From positions 65,769-129,768 of the forward strand of contig NIVC01001040.1 in NCBI GenBank assembly GCA_002269645.1: 64,000 nt of DNA. Direction: 5' to 3'. How positions within the stretch are numbered: position 1 is the first letter of the stretch; each line of letters begins with the position of its first letter. The DNA is from Macrostomum lignano. Its lineage: Eukaryota. A program made the translations under genes and the position numbers. Positions 1 to 12,700 of the stretch are shown here, one piece after another. The notes under the pieces were generated by a model, which saw nothing but the letters and a program-made list of their open reading frames with translations, did no database searches and was not told where the DNA came from.

Positions 1-1965
1 CCCCCCACTATACCACTAGACTAACTAATGCCAGGGGCGTGGGGGCGGCCAGCCCCCCACTATACCACTAGACTAACTAATGCCAGGGGCGTGGGGGGCG
101 GCGAGCCCCCCACTATACCACTAGACTAACTAATGCCAGGGGCCTGGGGGCGGCGAGCCCCCCACTCTACCACTAGACTAATAAATGCCAGGGGCGTGGG
201 GGGGGGCCATGCAGCCCCCCACTATACCACTAGACTAACTAATGCCAGGGGCGTGGGGGCGGCGAGCCCCCCACTATACCACTAGACTAATAAATGCCAG
301 GGGCGTGGGGGGCGGCCAGCCCCCCACTATACCACTAGACTAACTAATGCCAGGGGCGTGGGGGCGGCCAGCCCCCACTATACCACTAGACTAACTAATG
401 CCAGGGGCGTGGGGGGCGGCCAGCCCCCACTATACCACTATACCACTAGACTAACTAATGCCAGGGGCGTGGGGGCGGCCAGCCCCCACTATACCACTAG
501 ACTAACTAATGCCAGGGGCGTGGGGGCGGCCAGCCCCCTACTATACCACTAGACTAACTAATGCCAGGGGCGTGGGGGCGGCCAGCCCCCCACTATACCA
601 CTATACCACTGGACTAACTAATGCCAGGGGCGTGGGGGGCGGCCAGCCTCCCACTATACCACTAGATTAACTAATGCCAGGGGCGTGGGGGGCGGCCAGC
701 CCCCCACTATACCACTAGACTAATAAATGCCAGGGGCGTGGGGGGCGGCCAGCCCCCCACTATACCACTAGACTAACTAATGCCAGGGGCGTGGGGGGCG
801 GCCAGCCCCCTACTATACCACTAGACTAACTAATACCAGGGGCGTGGGGGCGGCGAGCCCCCCACTATACCACTAGACTAATAAATGCCAGGGGCGTGGG
901 GGGCGGCCAGCCCCCCACTATACCACTAGACTAACTAATGCCAGGGGCGTGGGGGCGGCCAGCCCCCTACTATACCACTAGACTAACTAATGCCAGGGCG
1001 TGGGGGGCGGCCAGCCCCTACTATACCACTAGACTAACTAATGCCAGGGGCGTGGGGGGCGGCCAGCCCCCCACTATACACTAGACTAACTAATGCCAGG
1101 GGCGTGGGGGGCGGCCAGCCCCCCACTATACCACTAGACTAACTAATGCCAGGGGCGTGGGGGGCGGCCAGCCCCCTACTATACCACTAGACTAACTAAT
1201 GCCAGGGGCGTGGGGGCGGCCAGCCCCCCACTATACCACTAGACTAACTAATGCCAGGGGCGTGGGGGCGGCCAGCCCCCCACTATACCACTATACCACT
1301 AGACTAACTAATGCCAGGGGCGTGGGGGGCGGCCAGCCCCCCACTATACCACTAGACTAACTAATGCCAGGGGCGTGGGGGCGGCCAGCCCCCTACTATA
1401 CCACTAGACTAACTAATGCCAGGGGCGTGGGGGCGGCCAGCCCCCCACTATACCACTATACCACTGGACTAACTAATGCCAGGGGCGTGGGGGGCGGCCA
1501 GCCTCCCACTATACCACTAGATTAACTAATGCCAGGGGCGTGGGGGGCGGCCAGCCCCCCCACTATACCACTAGACTAATAAATGCCAGGGGCGTGGGGG
1601 GCGGCCAGCCCCACTATACCACTAGACTAACTAATGCCAGGGGCGTGGGGGCGGCCAGCCCCCTACTATACCACTAGACTAACTAATACCAGGGGCGTGG
1701 GGGCGGCGAGCCCCCACTATACCACTAGACTAATAAATGCCAGGGGCGTGGGGGCGGCCAGCCCCCCACTATACCACTAGACTAACTAATGCCAGGGGCG
1801 TGGGGGCGGCCAGCCCCCTACTATACCACTAGACTAACTAATGCCAGGGGCGTGGGGGCGGCCAGCCCCTACTATACCACTAGACTAACTAATGCCAGGG
1901 GCGTGGGGGGCGGCCAGCCCCCTACTATACCACTAGACTAACTAATGCCAGGGGCGTGGGGGGCT
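1..1965. repeat. ~52-bp minisatellite (ccactagactaactaatgccaggggcgtggggggcggccagccccccactata), ~37 copies, runs off the window start
   Basis: Direct periodicity: 'ccactaga' recurs at 13, 65, etc. Each unit has a G-run/C-run hairpin followed by CTAG. Confidence 0.97.
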
Positions 1966-2350
1966 TTTTAGCTCTCAATTTAGGTTAAATAAATAGATGT
2001 CATAGCCATAAACAATAATGGACACAATATAAACCATCGTCCCACCTTTGAAGACGACAGCGTCTTCATTCACTAGTTTATTAGGTCCGTTTTTCCAAAC
2101 CTCTTTGCTGGGGTAATATTTGATACCTCTTGGCAAGCAAAAGAAAAGTAAGAAAAGAAATTCTCAAGAAATTGTTCCACTGCCAAATGAGTGCCAACAC
2201 CTGTGGCAGCAGGAGTTCTGCAGTGTGGTTGTGCTGGACACCGGACCGGACTGCGCGAGCGTGCTGGCCGGTGACCGAGCTCAACAGCTCAGCCTGGGCC
2301 GATGCGTTGTTGCCAAGCGTTGCCGGGCTGTTGCTGGGCGAATCCTGCTG

Positions 2351-4425
2351 GCTGTAGCTTATCCCCAGGCTGTGGCTCTCATGCTGACGGAGCTGGGCAC
2401 TTGCTGTCTGTAGCTTATCCCCAGACTGTGGCTCTCATGCTGACGGAGCTGGGCACTTTCTGTCTGTAGCTTATCCCCAGGCTGTGGCTCTCATGCTGAC
2501 GGAGCTGAGCACTTGCTGGCTGTAGCTTATCCCCAGACTGTGGCTCTCATGCTGACGGAGCTGGGCACTTGCTGTCTGTAGCTTATCCCCAGGCTGTGGC
2601 TCTCATGCTGACGGAGCTGGGCACTTGCTGTCTGTAGCTTATCCCCAGGCTGTGGCTCTCATGCTGACGGAGCTGGGCACTTGCTGTCTGTAGCTTATCC
2701 CCAGGCTGTGGCTCTCATGCTGACGGAGCTGAGCACTTGCTGGCTGTAGCTTATCCCCAGACTGTGGCTCTCATGCTGACGGAGCTGGGCACTTGCTGTC
2801 TGTAGCTTATCCCCAGGCTGTGGCTCTCATGCTGACGGAGCTGGGCACTTGCTGTCTGTAGCTTATCCCCAGGCTGTGGCTCTCATGCTGACGGAGCTGG
2901 GCACTTGCTGTCTGTAGCTTATCCCCAGGCTGTGGCTCTCATGCTGACGGAGCTGGGCACCTGCTGTCTGTAGCTTATCCCCAGGCTGTGGCTCTCATGC
3001 TGACGGAGCTGGGCACTTGCTGTCTGTAGCTTATCCCCAGGCTGTGGCTCTCATGCTGACGGAGCTGGGCACCTGCTGGCTGTAGCTTATCCCCAGGCTG
3101 TGGCTCTCATGCTGACGGAGCTGGGCATCTGCTGTCTGTAGCTTATCCCAAGGCTGTGGCTCTCATGCTGACGGAGCTGGGTACTTGCTGGCTGTAGCTT
3201 ATCCCCAGGCTGTGGCTCTCATGCTGACGGAGCTGGGCACTTGCTGTCTGTAGCTTATCCCCAGGCTGTGGCTCTCATGCTGACGGAGCTGGGCACCTGC
3301 TGTCTGTAGCTTATCCCCAGGCTGTGGCTCTCATGCTGACGGAGCTGGGCACTTGCTGTCTGTAGCTTATCCCCAGGCTGTGGCTCTCATGCTGACGGAG
3401 CTGGGCACCTGCTGGCTGTAGCTTATCCCCAGGCTGTGGCTCTCATGCTGACGGAGCTGGGCATCTGCTGTCTGTAGCTTATCCCAAGGCTGTGGCTCTC
3501 ATGCTGACGGAGCTGGGTACTTGCTGGCTGTAGCTTATCCCCAGGCTGTGGCTCTCATGCTGACGGAGCTGGGCACTTGCTGTCTGTAGCTTATCCCCAG
3601 GCTGTGGCTCTCATGCTGACGGAGCTGGGCACTTTCTGTCTGTAGCTTATCCCCAGGCTGTGGCTCTCATGCTGACGGAGCTGGGCACTTGCTGTCTGTA
3701 GCTTATCCCCAGGCTGTGGCTCTCATGCTGACGGAGCTGGGCACCTGCTGGCTGTAGCTTATCCCCAGGCTGTGGCTCTCATGCTGACGGAGCTGGGCAC
3801 CTGCTGGCTGTAGCTTATCCCCAGGCTGTGGCTCTCATGCTGACGGAGCTGGGCACCTGCTGTCTGTAGCTTATCCCCAGGCTGTGGCTCTCATGCTGAC
3901 GGAGCTGGGCACCTGCTGGCTGTAGCTTATCCCCAGGCTGTGGCTCTCATGCTGACGGAGCTGGGCACCTGCTGGCTGTAGCTTATCCCCAGGCTGTGGC
4001 TCTCATGCTGACGGAGCTGGGCACTTGCTGTCTGTAGCTTATCCCCAGGCTGTGGCTCTCATGCTGATGGAGCTGGGCACTTGCTGTCTGTAGCTTATCC
4101 CCAGGCTGTGGCTCTCATGCTGACGGAGCTGGGCACCTGCTGGCTGTAGCTTATCCCCAGGCTGTGGCTCTCATGCTGACGGAGCTGGGCACTTTCTGTC
4201 TGTAGCTTATCCCCAGGCTGTGGCTCTCATGCTGACGGAGCTGGGCACTTGCTGTCTGTTGCTTATCCCCAGGCTGTGGCTCTCATGCTGACGGAGCTGG
4301 GCACTTGCTGTCTGTAGCTTATCCTCAGGCTGTGGCTCTCATACTGACGGAGCTGGGCACCTGCTGGCTGTAGCTTATCCCCAGGCTGTGGCTGTGGCTC
4401 TCATGCTGACGGAGCTGGGCACTTG
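2351..4425. repeat. 56-bp minisatellite (ctgtagcttatccccaggctgtggctctcatgctgacggagctgggcacttgctgt), ~37 copies
   Basis: Unit recurs at 2408, 2464, etc. Confidence 0.97.
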
Positions 4426-4514
4426 CGACAGCGCTGGCGACTAATATTGGCCTCATTGGCAGCTGATGGGGGAGCTGCAGCCGCCAAAACCAGATCAACT
4501 GTAGCCTAAGCTTA

Positions 4515-4725
4515 AGATTAAGCTACCAGCCTCCCAGATACCAGATTAAGCTACCAGCCTCCCAGATTCCCAGATTAGGCTACCAGCCTCCCAGATCCCC
4601 AGATTAAGCTACCAGCCTCCCAGATCCTCAGATTAAGCTACCAGCCTCCCAGATCCCCGATTAAGCTGCCGGCCTCCCAAATCATCATATTAAGATACCA
4701 GCCTCATAGATCCCCATATTAAGCT
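4515..4725. repeat. Degenerate ~29-bp tandem repeat (cagattaagctaccagcctcccagatccc), ~7 copies
   Basis: Repeated 'attaagctaccagcctccc' motif. Confidence 0.85.
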
Positions 4726-4812
4726 ACCACAATGCCAGATCCCCACTATATTCTCCCATAATTAACAATGCACCATTTGCCCCACCCATCCGCAGTCGCG
4801 CTTCCCTGGTCA

Positions 4813-5405
4813 GGTGGCAGCAGCTTCTACGGTTATTTCTGCATCCTCAAGCGGACTGGGCTGGCTCGTGGGCGATGGAGAGGCGGTGCTGCTGGACGCG
4901 AGCTGCAGCTTGGTTGAGCGAAGGCTGCTGAACTGCCAGATCAGCTGTGCGGTGTCGAGCAGAGCCGATGGCATCCAAGGCGATCCCAGCAGGCACAGAG
5001 GTTTGAAAATTGCGGGACTCGAGTCCAGCATTGCCTGGCTGTGCTGTTGCTGCCATCAAATCCACTGCTGCCTGACTGCCCCAGCTGAAGTCCAGTCAGT
5101 GCCGGACACAGCTATTAATATTTATTGCTAGGAATTCAGCAGTGAGCAGCACATTGCTGACTGCTGTCTCATTTGAGTTCAGACTCAAGGACCGATTGTT
5201 GCTATGCCAATCAAAAATCAGTACTGATCATAAATCATTACCGTCTGGCACCTGTGTGATCAGCCGGTTCCGCTTGAGTCGAGAGTCTGAGCCGCTGCAT
5301 CGGTGGGCAGATGTGGTTTGTCTCAGACCCGGCCGACTCTTGGCCATAGACAGCGGCTGGCTGCATCAGTTGGAGTACGGCAGCTGGGGCTTCCAGTGCG
5401 CCTGA
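4813..5405 (+). other. Possible exon(s) of an unresolved spliced gene
   Basis: GC-rich non-repetitive islands with open, protein-like frames (LGWLVGDGEAVLLDASC; PLHRWADVVCLRPGRLLAIDSGWLHQLEY). No family recognised, and strand and phase are not established. Confidence 0.2.
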
Positions 5406-5556
5406 CTGTCCGATTGCTGCAACTGGAGACTGGCGTCTCAGCTTCATCGGTTGCTGGTGAACCATTGCCCCATGCAGCTGTGCCTGCTGCCGTGTGCTTC
5501 GGGTGACAGCGGCTTGTGTCTCTGCATTGACTTACTGCAGCTGTTGATCAAGTGCT

Positions 5557-5760
5557 CAATAAGCCTGAGTTGGTTAAACTGTGCTCAGTAAGCCTGAGTT
5601 GGTTAAACTGTGCTCAATAAGCCTGAGTTGGTTAAACTGTGCTCAGTAAGCCTGAGTTGGTTAAACTGTGCTCAGTAAGCCTGAGTTGGTTAAACTGTGC
5701 TCAGTAAGCCTGAGTTGGTTAAACTGTGCTCAGTAAGCGTGAGTTGGTTAAACTGTGCTC
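5557..5760. repeat. 29-bp minisatellite (aagcctgagttggttaaactgtgctcagt), ~7 copies
   Basis: Direct periodicity. Confidence 0.95.
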
Positions 5761-5936
5761 ACAGGTTGTAATTCTGAGTTGGTATCGATTTTTAATCAGA
5801 ATGGAATCTGGAGACTGTGCAGCATGTGAGGCGATTCTGCGAATATGAGATCATGAGGTCCATGTTTATTGTTTATTTACTTGGATGTCTTTGATAAATT
5901 TATAACAAATCGTTCGTTTAGCATTTAGGCATTGAT

Positions 5937-6420
5937 TTAGGTCATAGACAATTGCGGTCATCCTCAGTAGGTCATAGACAATTGCGGTCATACTCAGTAG
6001 GTCATCATACAATTGCGGTCATGCTCAGTAGGTCATCAGACAATTGCGGTCACACCCAGCAGGTCATAGACAATTGCGGTCATGCTCAGTAGGTCATAGG
6101 CAATTGCGGTCATGCTCAGTAGATCATAGACAATTGCGGTCATGCTCAGTAGGTCATAGGCAATTGCGGTCATGCTCAGTAGGTCATAGGCAATTTCGGT
6201 CATGCTCAGTAGGTCATAGACAATTGCGGTCATGCTCAGTAGGTCATAGACAATCGCGGTCATGCTCAGTAGGTCATAGACAATTGCGGTCATGCACAGT
6301 AGGTCATAGACAATTGCGGTCATGCTCAGTAGGTCATAGACAATTGCGGTCATCCTCAGTAGGTCATAGACAATTGCGGTCATGCTCAGTGGGTCATAGA
6401 CAATTAGGGTCATACTCAGT
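5937..6420. repeat. 30-bp minisatellite (aggtcatagacaattgcggtcatgctcagt), ~16 copies
   Basis: Direct periodicity; explains the 10-aa repeat ORFs. Confidence 0.95.
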
Positions 6421-6769
6421 ACATGTAGATCATAGACAATCATGATCACAACTCGTACATGTAGGGTAGCTGTGAAAAATCGGTAATAAACAGTAAATGA
6501 ATTCATCGATCAAAATTAACAATAGCATGAAACCTACGACCCCCTTTTACCTTCTATTCTACGCCCTTTCCCCTGATCTTACCCTCACCAGAATCTCACC
6601 CGAGTTTCACCAGAATCTCACAAAGATGGGGACAAAGCGACATGACATGCATGAATTAATAATTCTCCGATGTACGCCTGCATGCAGCCTACTAGAAAAT
6701 TATGATAACTTTGCTGGATATGAGAGGGTAGAGAGAAGAGTAAAGAAGACTGTCATATCAAACAGGAAA

Positions 6770-7120
6770 TTCCCATTTCTAACAGGAGACTCCCATGTCT
6801 AACAGGAGACTCCCATGTCTAACAGGAGACTCCCATGTCTAACAGGAGACTCCCATGTCTAACAGGAAATTCCCATTTCTAACAGGAGACTCCCATGTCT
6901 AACAGGAGACTCCCATGTCTAACAGGAGACTCCCATGTCTAACAGGAAATTCCCATGACTAACAGGAGACTCCCATGTCTAACAGGAGACTCCCATGTCT
7001 AACAGGAAATTCCCATGACTAACAGGAGACTCCCATGTCTAACAGGAGACTCCCATGTCTAACAGGAGACTCCCATGCCTAACAGGAGACTCCCATGTCT
7101 AACAGGACACCATGTCTAAC
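6770..7120. repeat. 20-bp minisatellite (aacaggagactcccatgtct), ~17 copies
   Basis: Direct periodicity. Confidence 0.95.
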
Positions 7121-7566
7121 AGCAAGAGTGTGCATTCTGAGTATTCTAGATAGCAGCGGGTTTAAAACCATACTCTGCTATCTAGAGTAGTCTCAAAAGT
7201 GTTTTCCCACCAAATTCAGTCCAAATAAAAGCAGAAATGCGGTTCTATTCTCATTTTCCTGCTCAAAACAGCGGCTGAGGTCGCTGAGCAGCCCCTCATA
7301 CCCCGCCATAGTCTCAGTTCAATGCAAAGCGAAGCCACTGCAAACACTTATTTATGTACATTTCACAGTGCACTGAGTGAGCACAGACTCAAGTGTCTGC
7401 CAGCATCATTGATGCAGCATCAGCTGTTCAAAAGAGATGCACAGAATGGCTGATGCTCGTTCGAACACACTTTTGTGCAGATGAAGCAACAAGCCGCACC
7501 ACCCAGCCTCCAGCATAGCACATTGCTCATCTGTCCACAGACTCTCTCCGAGCTCGAGTCTCCCCC

Positions 7567-7580
7567 GTTGCCATGGCAAC
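7567..7580. promoter_or_regulatory. Perfect palindromic RFX X-box (GTTGCCATGGCAAC)
   Basis: Exact match to the RFX/DAF-19 X-box consensus; also present at 38981-38994. Target gene unknown. Confidence 0.45.
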
Positions 7581-7822
7581 TGGAGCAGCTCTGCAGCGTC
7601 TGTGAGGTTAAGGGCTCTGCACATCTCTTTGCTCACTGTGTGAGGGGCCGAGCCGTGAGGCAGCCTCAGACCTCATGACACTCTGCAAGCCCTTTGAAAA
7701 CAATGGCCAGCTTCACTGCATGCCTGCTTCATCAGCATCAGCTCTGCCTTCCCCGCATTGTTGTGTGCACTGTACTGAGTGAGGCTCAGAAATGATGCTG
7801 CGAAATATTGAAATATGAAATG

Positions 7823-8170
7823 GGACACAGCGGGTCACGGCAAGTCAGGACACAGCGGGTCACGGCAAGTCAGGACACAGCGGGTCACGGCAAGTCAGGA
7901 CACAGCGGGTCACGGCAAGTCAGGACACAGCGGGTCACGGCAAGTCAGGACACAGCGGGTCACGGCAAGTCAGGACACAGCGGGTCACGGCAAGTCAGAA
8001 CACAGCGGGTCACGCCAAGTCAGGACACAGCGGGTCACGGCAAGTCAGGACACAGCGGGTCACGGCAAGTCAGGACACAGCGGGTCACGGCAAGTCAGGA
8101 CACAGCGGGTCACGGCAAGTCAGGACACAGCGGGTCACGGCAAGTCAGGACACAGCGGGTCACGGCAAGC
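7823..8170. repeat. 25-bp minisatellite (gacacagcgggtcacggcaagtcag), ~14 copies
   Basis: Direct periodicity. Confidence 0.95.
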
Positions 8171-8664
8171 CAAGCGGTGGCTGTATATTTAACTGAGAAC
8201 TCTTGAGTAAGCACCGGACTTCCTGCTCCAACAGTTGCTAATAAAAAGTCAGTCCAAAAATCAAATACAAAAATCAGTGCCGGAAAAAGCGCCAAACCGG
8301 TGGCTGAAAAATGTGAAAAATTCTCGGCAACAGAAATTCTGGAGTAGGCATTGAGCAGTCTGAGCAGATTGGGGAAATTGTGATTGGCTTTGTACCAGAG
8401 TTTCAAAATCAACATTGATCAGCTTGAAACTGAAATGGCACTCGAGTCAGCACAAAAATGTCTCATTAATTGAAAGGAGCAACCGGTAAAACAAACCCAG
8501 CAGTCAAATAAATAAAATTTGAATTCCGAATCGCAGCCGAATAAGCGAAACTGTGATTGGATAACTGATCCGGGCATCGGGAAGCAGCAGGGTGATCGAT
8601 AGACAAAACTATAATTCAAAATTCAAAATCTGAATGAGCAGAATGAGCAGTTCGAACAAACAAA

Positions 8665-9140
8665 GCAGCCGGATAAACATAAAGGGCAATCAGATAAACA
8701 AAAAGGTCAATCGGATAAACAAAAAGGGCAATCAGATAAACAAAAAGGGCAATCGAATAAACAAAAAAGGCAATCGGATAAACAAAAAGGGCAATCGGAT
8801 AAACAAAAAGGGCAATCGGATAGACAAAAAGGGCAATCGGATAAACAAAAGGGCAATCGGATAAACAAAAAGGGCAATCGAATAAACAAAAAGGGCAATC
8901 GGATAAACAAAAAGGGCAATCAGATAAACAAAAAGGGCAATCGGATAAACAAAAAGGGCAATCGAATAAACAAAAAGGGCAATCGAATAAACAAAAAGGG
9001 CAATCGAATCAACAAAAAGGGGAATCGAATAAACAAAAAGGTCAATCGGATAAACAAAAAGGGGAATCGAATAAACAAAAAGGTCAATCGGATAAACATA
9101 AAGGGCAATCGGATAAACAAAAAGGTCAACCGGAAAAACA
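8665..9140. repeat. 21-bp minisatellite (aaagggcaatcggataaacaa), ~23 copies
   Basis: Direct periodicity; gives the INKKGNR repeat ORFs. Confidence 0.95.
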
Positions 9141-9217
9141 AAAGCAGACAACGTCAGCAGGCAAAACCGGCCGCTCCAAGAGCCGCTCCGCTCCCTCACA
9201 GCCCATCGTTCTCGCAG

Positions 9218-9703
9218 TCACGATGAGGCACTCAGGAAGCTGTGCCGCAGCAGCTCCGCGGTGTCCGCTCGCTTCCTCGGGTCATAGTCTACGCACCTGA
9301 GGTAGAAGTCCTTCAGGCCAGCTGAGAACGCGTCTGCAATCCGAGGCATCGCCCGCCCTCCGCACCTCACGATGCCGATCCGGAACTGCTGAACGTTCGC
9401 GTCAGGAGGCTGCATGGCCGTCAGCTCATACACGGTGCAGCCGAAGGCCCACACGTCGGTCTTGGCTGAGTACGGAATCGAATCGCCCTCGCCCATGAAC
9501 AGCTCGGGCGCCATGAAGTAGGGGGTGCCTTTGGGATCGACGCCTGTGCTCAGGCCGCAGGTGCCGACGATCTCCTTGGCGAGACCGAAGTCGATCAGCT
9601 TGATGACGCCTTTGCTGGTGAGCATCGCATTGGAGCTCTTGATGTCGCGGTGCAAGATGGCGCCCTCCGGCTGGCAATGCAGGAAGTTCAGGCCTGAGCA
9701 GAT
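9218..9703 (-). CDS. ANK-kinase exon 4 (kinase C-lobe, to stop)
   Basis: Acceptor cacctgcag|ATC; ICSGLNFLH...HRDIKSSN...DFG...APE; 486 nt. Confidence 0.93.
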   Translation of the reverse strand: MCSGLNFLHCQPEGAILHRDIKSSNAMLTSKGVIKLIDFGLAKEIVGTCGLSTGVDPKGTPYFMAPELFMGEGDSIPYSAKTDVWAFGCTVYELTAMQPPDANVQQFRIGIVRCGGRAMPRIADAFSAGLKDFYLRCVDYDPRKRADTAELLRHSFLSASS

Positions 9704-12700
9704 CTGCAGGTGGAGCAGTTTTGAGTAGTAAAGAAAGTGCATGAATTCACCCTCACTGATCCCACACTGATCCCACACTGATCTCACACTGATCCCACAC
9801 TGATCCCACACTGATCCCACACTGATCCCACACTGATCCCACACTGATCCACCCATGCCAGGCAATGCCAGAGAACTCAGAGACACACCTGTCTGGAGAA
9901 GTCCCTGACGCCGGACTCCTTGAACGGCTTTTTCTGACGCTGCATCAGCTCAAAGAGGCTGTGACCCGAGACAAGCTCGGTGAAGATGCACAGCCCATCC
10001 GACTTCTGCTCGCACTTGAGGAACTGCACAATGTTGGGATGCGAGAGTCGCTTGAGGATCTCAACTCCCCGCTTCTCCATCTCGACGGCTTTTTGCAGCT
10101 TCCCCGATTCGCCGGTGCCGCTCAGGGGCAGCACCTTGACAGCCACCGTCTGGTTGCGGTCTGTGAGGGCCTTGTACACCTCACCGAATCCGCCACGACC
10201 GATGAGCTGCTTCTTGTCTTTCTGCAGGATGAAGTCCCAGTCGGTGAAGCTGGGGTCCAGCTGCTTCTTGGCGCTGAAACATGAAATGAAGGAATTGATG
10301 AATTTTGTGTTGCTTGGGGCTTTCTGAGTACTTTGGAGTCACTCAGCCTTCTGCGTCACCAGCCTTCTGCGTCACCACCCTTCTGCGTCACCACCCTTCT
10401 GCGTCACCGCCCTTCTGCGTCACCAGCTTTCTGCTTCACCAGCCTTCTGCGTCACCACCCTTCTGCGTCACCACCCTTCTGCGTCACCACCCTTCTGCGT
10501 CACCACCCTTCTGCGTCAGCGCCCTTCTGCGTCACCACCCTTCTGCGTCACCACCCTTCTGCGTCACCACCCTTCTGCGTCACCACCCTTCTGCGTCACC
10601 ACCCTTCTGCGTCACCACCCTTCTGCGTCACCACCCTTCTGCGTCACCACCCTTCTGCGTCACCACCCTTCTGCGTCACCACCCTTCTGCGTCACCACCC
10701 TTCTGCGTCACCACCCTTCTGCGTCACCACCCTTCTGCGTCACCACCCTTCTGCGTCACCACCCTTCTGCGTCACCACCCTTCTGCGTCACCACCCTTCT
10801 GCGTCACCACCCTTCTGCGTCACCACCCTTCTGCGTCACCACCCTTCTGCGTCACCACCCTTCTGCGTCACCACCCTTCTGCGTCACCACCCTTCTGCGT
10901 CACCACCCTTCTGCGTCACCACCCTTCTGCGTCACCACCCTTCTGCGTCACCACCCTTCTGCGTCACCACCCTTCTGCGTCACCACCCTTCTGCGTCACC
11001 ACCCTTCTGCGTCACCACCCTTCTGCGTCACCACCCTTCTGCGTCACCACCCTTCTGCGTCACCACCCTTCTGCGTCACCACCCTTCTGCGTCACCACCC
11101 TTCTGCCATGAGCATCCTCGGGCGCCATGAAGTGCCAGGTGCCTTTTGGCTGGTTTTGCAGGACTGCAGGTTTTGACGAGTTCACCATCACCAACTGTCG
11201 CCTCATCATTTCTCACCGAGTCTCCTCAGGCAGTCCGACCGGAGTCGGCCCAGGCGGCTGGACGCTCTGTCGAGCTCGTGGGCGGGGACGCGGAGCTGCA
11301 GCGCTGTAGGAAGAGTTTTACGAGTGAGCCCGTTAAACATGTCTGGGTCGCCAAGACGGCACTTAAACTCTGCTAATGCTTCGTGTATAAAAAGCCTTGC
11401 AGATTGAGCTTTGGGTGGCGCTATGTGGACATTGGGGCGCGATCGGGAGATTGCGGCGCCACGAAGAGATTGGAGGCTCTCAAATCATTCAAGTGCCAAT
11501 ATTTTGAACATCACACCAAGTACATTCCTAATAAAATAGGAGAGTTTGAAACTTCGGAGAGTTTGATGGCACTTGAACTCGCTGATGCTTTGTGTTAAAA
11601 AACTGCAGATTGAGCTGTGGGTGGGGGGTTGGGGGCCCATGGGGAGATTAGGAGCGCCATGGGAAGTTTGGGGGCGCTTTGTGGAGATTAGAGGCGCCAT
11701 GGGGGGAGGTTGGGGGAGCCATGGGGAGATTAGAGGCGCCATGGGGAGATTGGAGGCGCCATAGGGAAATTGGAGGCGCCATGGGGAGATTGGAGGCGCC
11801 ATAGGGAAATTGAAAGCGCCATGGGGAGATTGGAGGCGCCATTGGGAGATTGGAGGCGCCATGGGGAGATTGGAGGCGCCATAGGGAAATTGGAAGCGCC
11901 ATGGGGAGATTGGAGGCGCCATTGGGAGATTGGAGGCGCCATGGGGAGATTGGAGGCGCCATAGGGAAATTGGAGGCGCCATGGGGAGATTATAGGCGCC
12001 ATGGGGAGATTGGAGGCGCCATAGGGAAATTGGAGGCGCCATGGGGAGATTGGAGGCGCCATGGGGAGATTGGAGGCGCCATGGGGAGATTGGAGGCGCC
12101 ATGGGGAAATTGGAGGCGCCATGGGGAGATTGGAGGCGCCATGGGGAGATTGGAGGCGCCATGGGGAGGTTGGAGGCGCCATGGGGAGGTTGGAGGCGCC
12201 ATGGGGAGGTTGGGGGCGCCATGGGGAGGTTGGGGGCGCCATGAGGAGCTGCACTGACAGATTCATGACGCCCTCGCTTGACTGCGGCGCTGCTGAGAAT
12301 TTCAGGGCGCCGATCATCAAAGCGCAATGAATTTTCGCCAAACAATATTTTCAGTATTTTCAGTGTCTGGCAGCAGTTCTCAGTCAGGACTCACCCAGCT
12401 GAGGCGGCAGTCGGCGCTGAGCTGCCAGCGGGAGGCCGAGAGGCTTCGAGCTGCCGCTGCGTGGAGGAAATCCAGGCCCGCTTTGCTGACTGGTCTCTAA
12501 AGTAGCAATAACTCTCAACATAATCAGCCGGTGTTTTGCCCTCGTTGTTCTTCAAGCCGAGCATTTCGGCTCCGATTTGGTCAAAAATGAACTGAAGAGA
12601 GTCGACTGGCTGCCACTGAGCGGCCAAATGGACGGCCGTGTCACCTCTAGAGTCAGGAACTGTGAGACAGTCGCTGCCGAGCTCCTTCACCAGCCACTCC

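Noticed and set aside
1-4425. CRISPR-like regularity
   Set aside because: Units are contiguous with no unique spacers, there are no cas genes, and the DNA is eukaryotic.
8110-8415. 101-aa ORF with WYKANHNFPNLLRLL, reminiscent of a hAT dimerisation domain
   Set aside because: The following S..ER.FS motif is missing, there is no other transposase sequence or TIR, and its presence in both copies is explained by the duplication.
12243-12295. Possible extra small exon ([11 protein letters not shown]) in ANK-kinase intron 1
   Set aside because: No donor found that preserves phase 2, and direct splicing 12395 to 11303 is already in frame.
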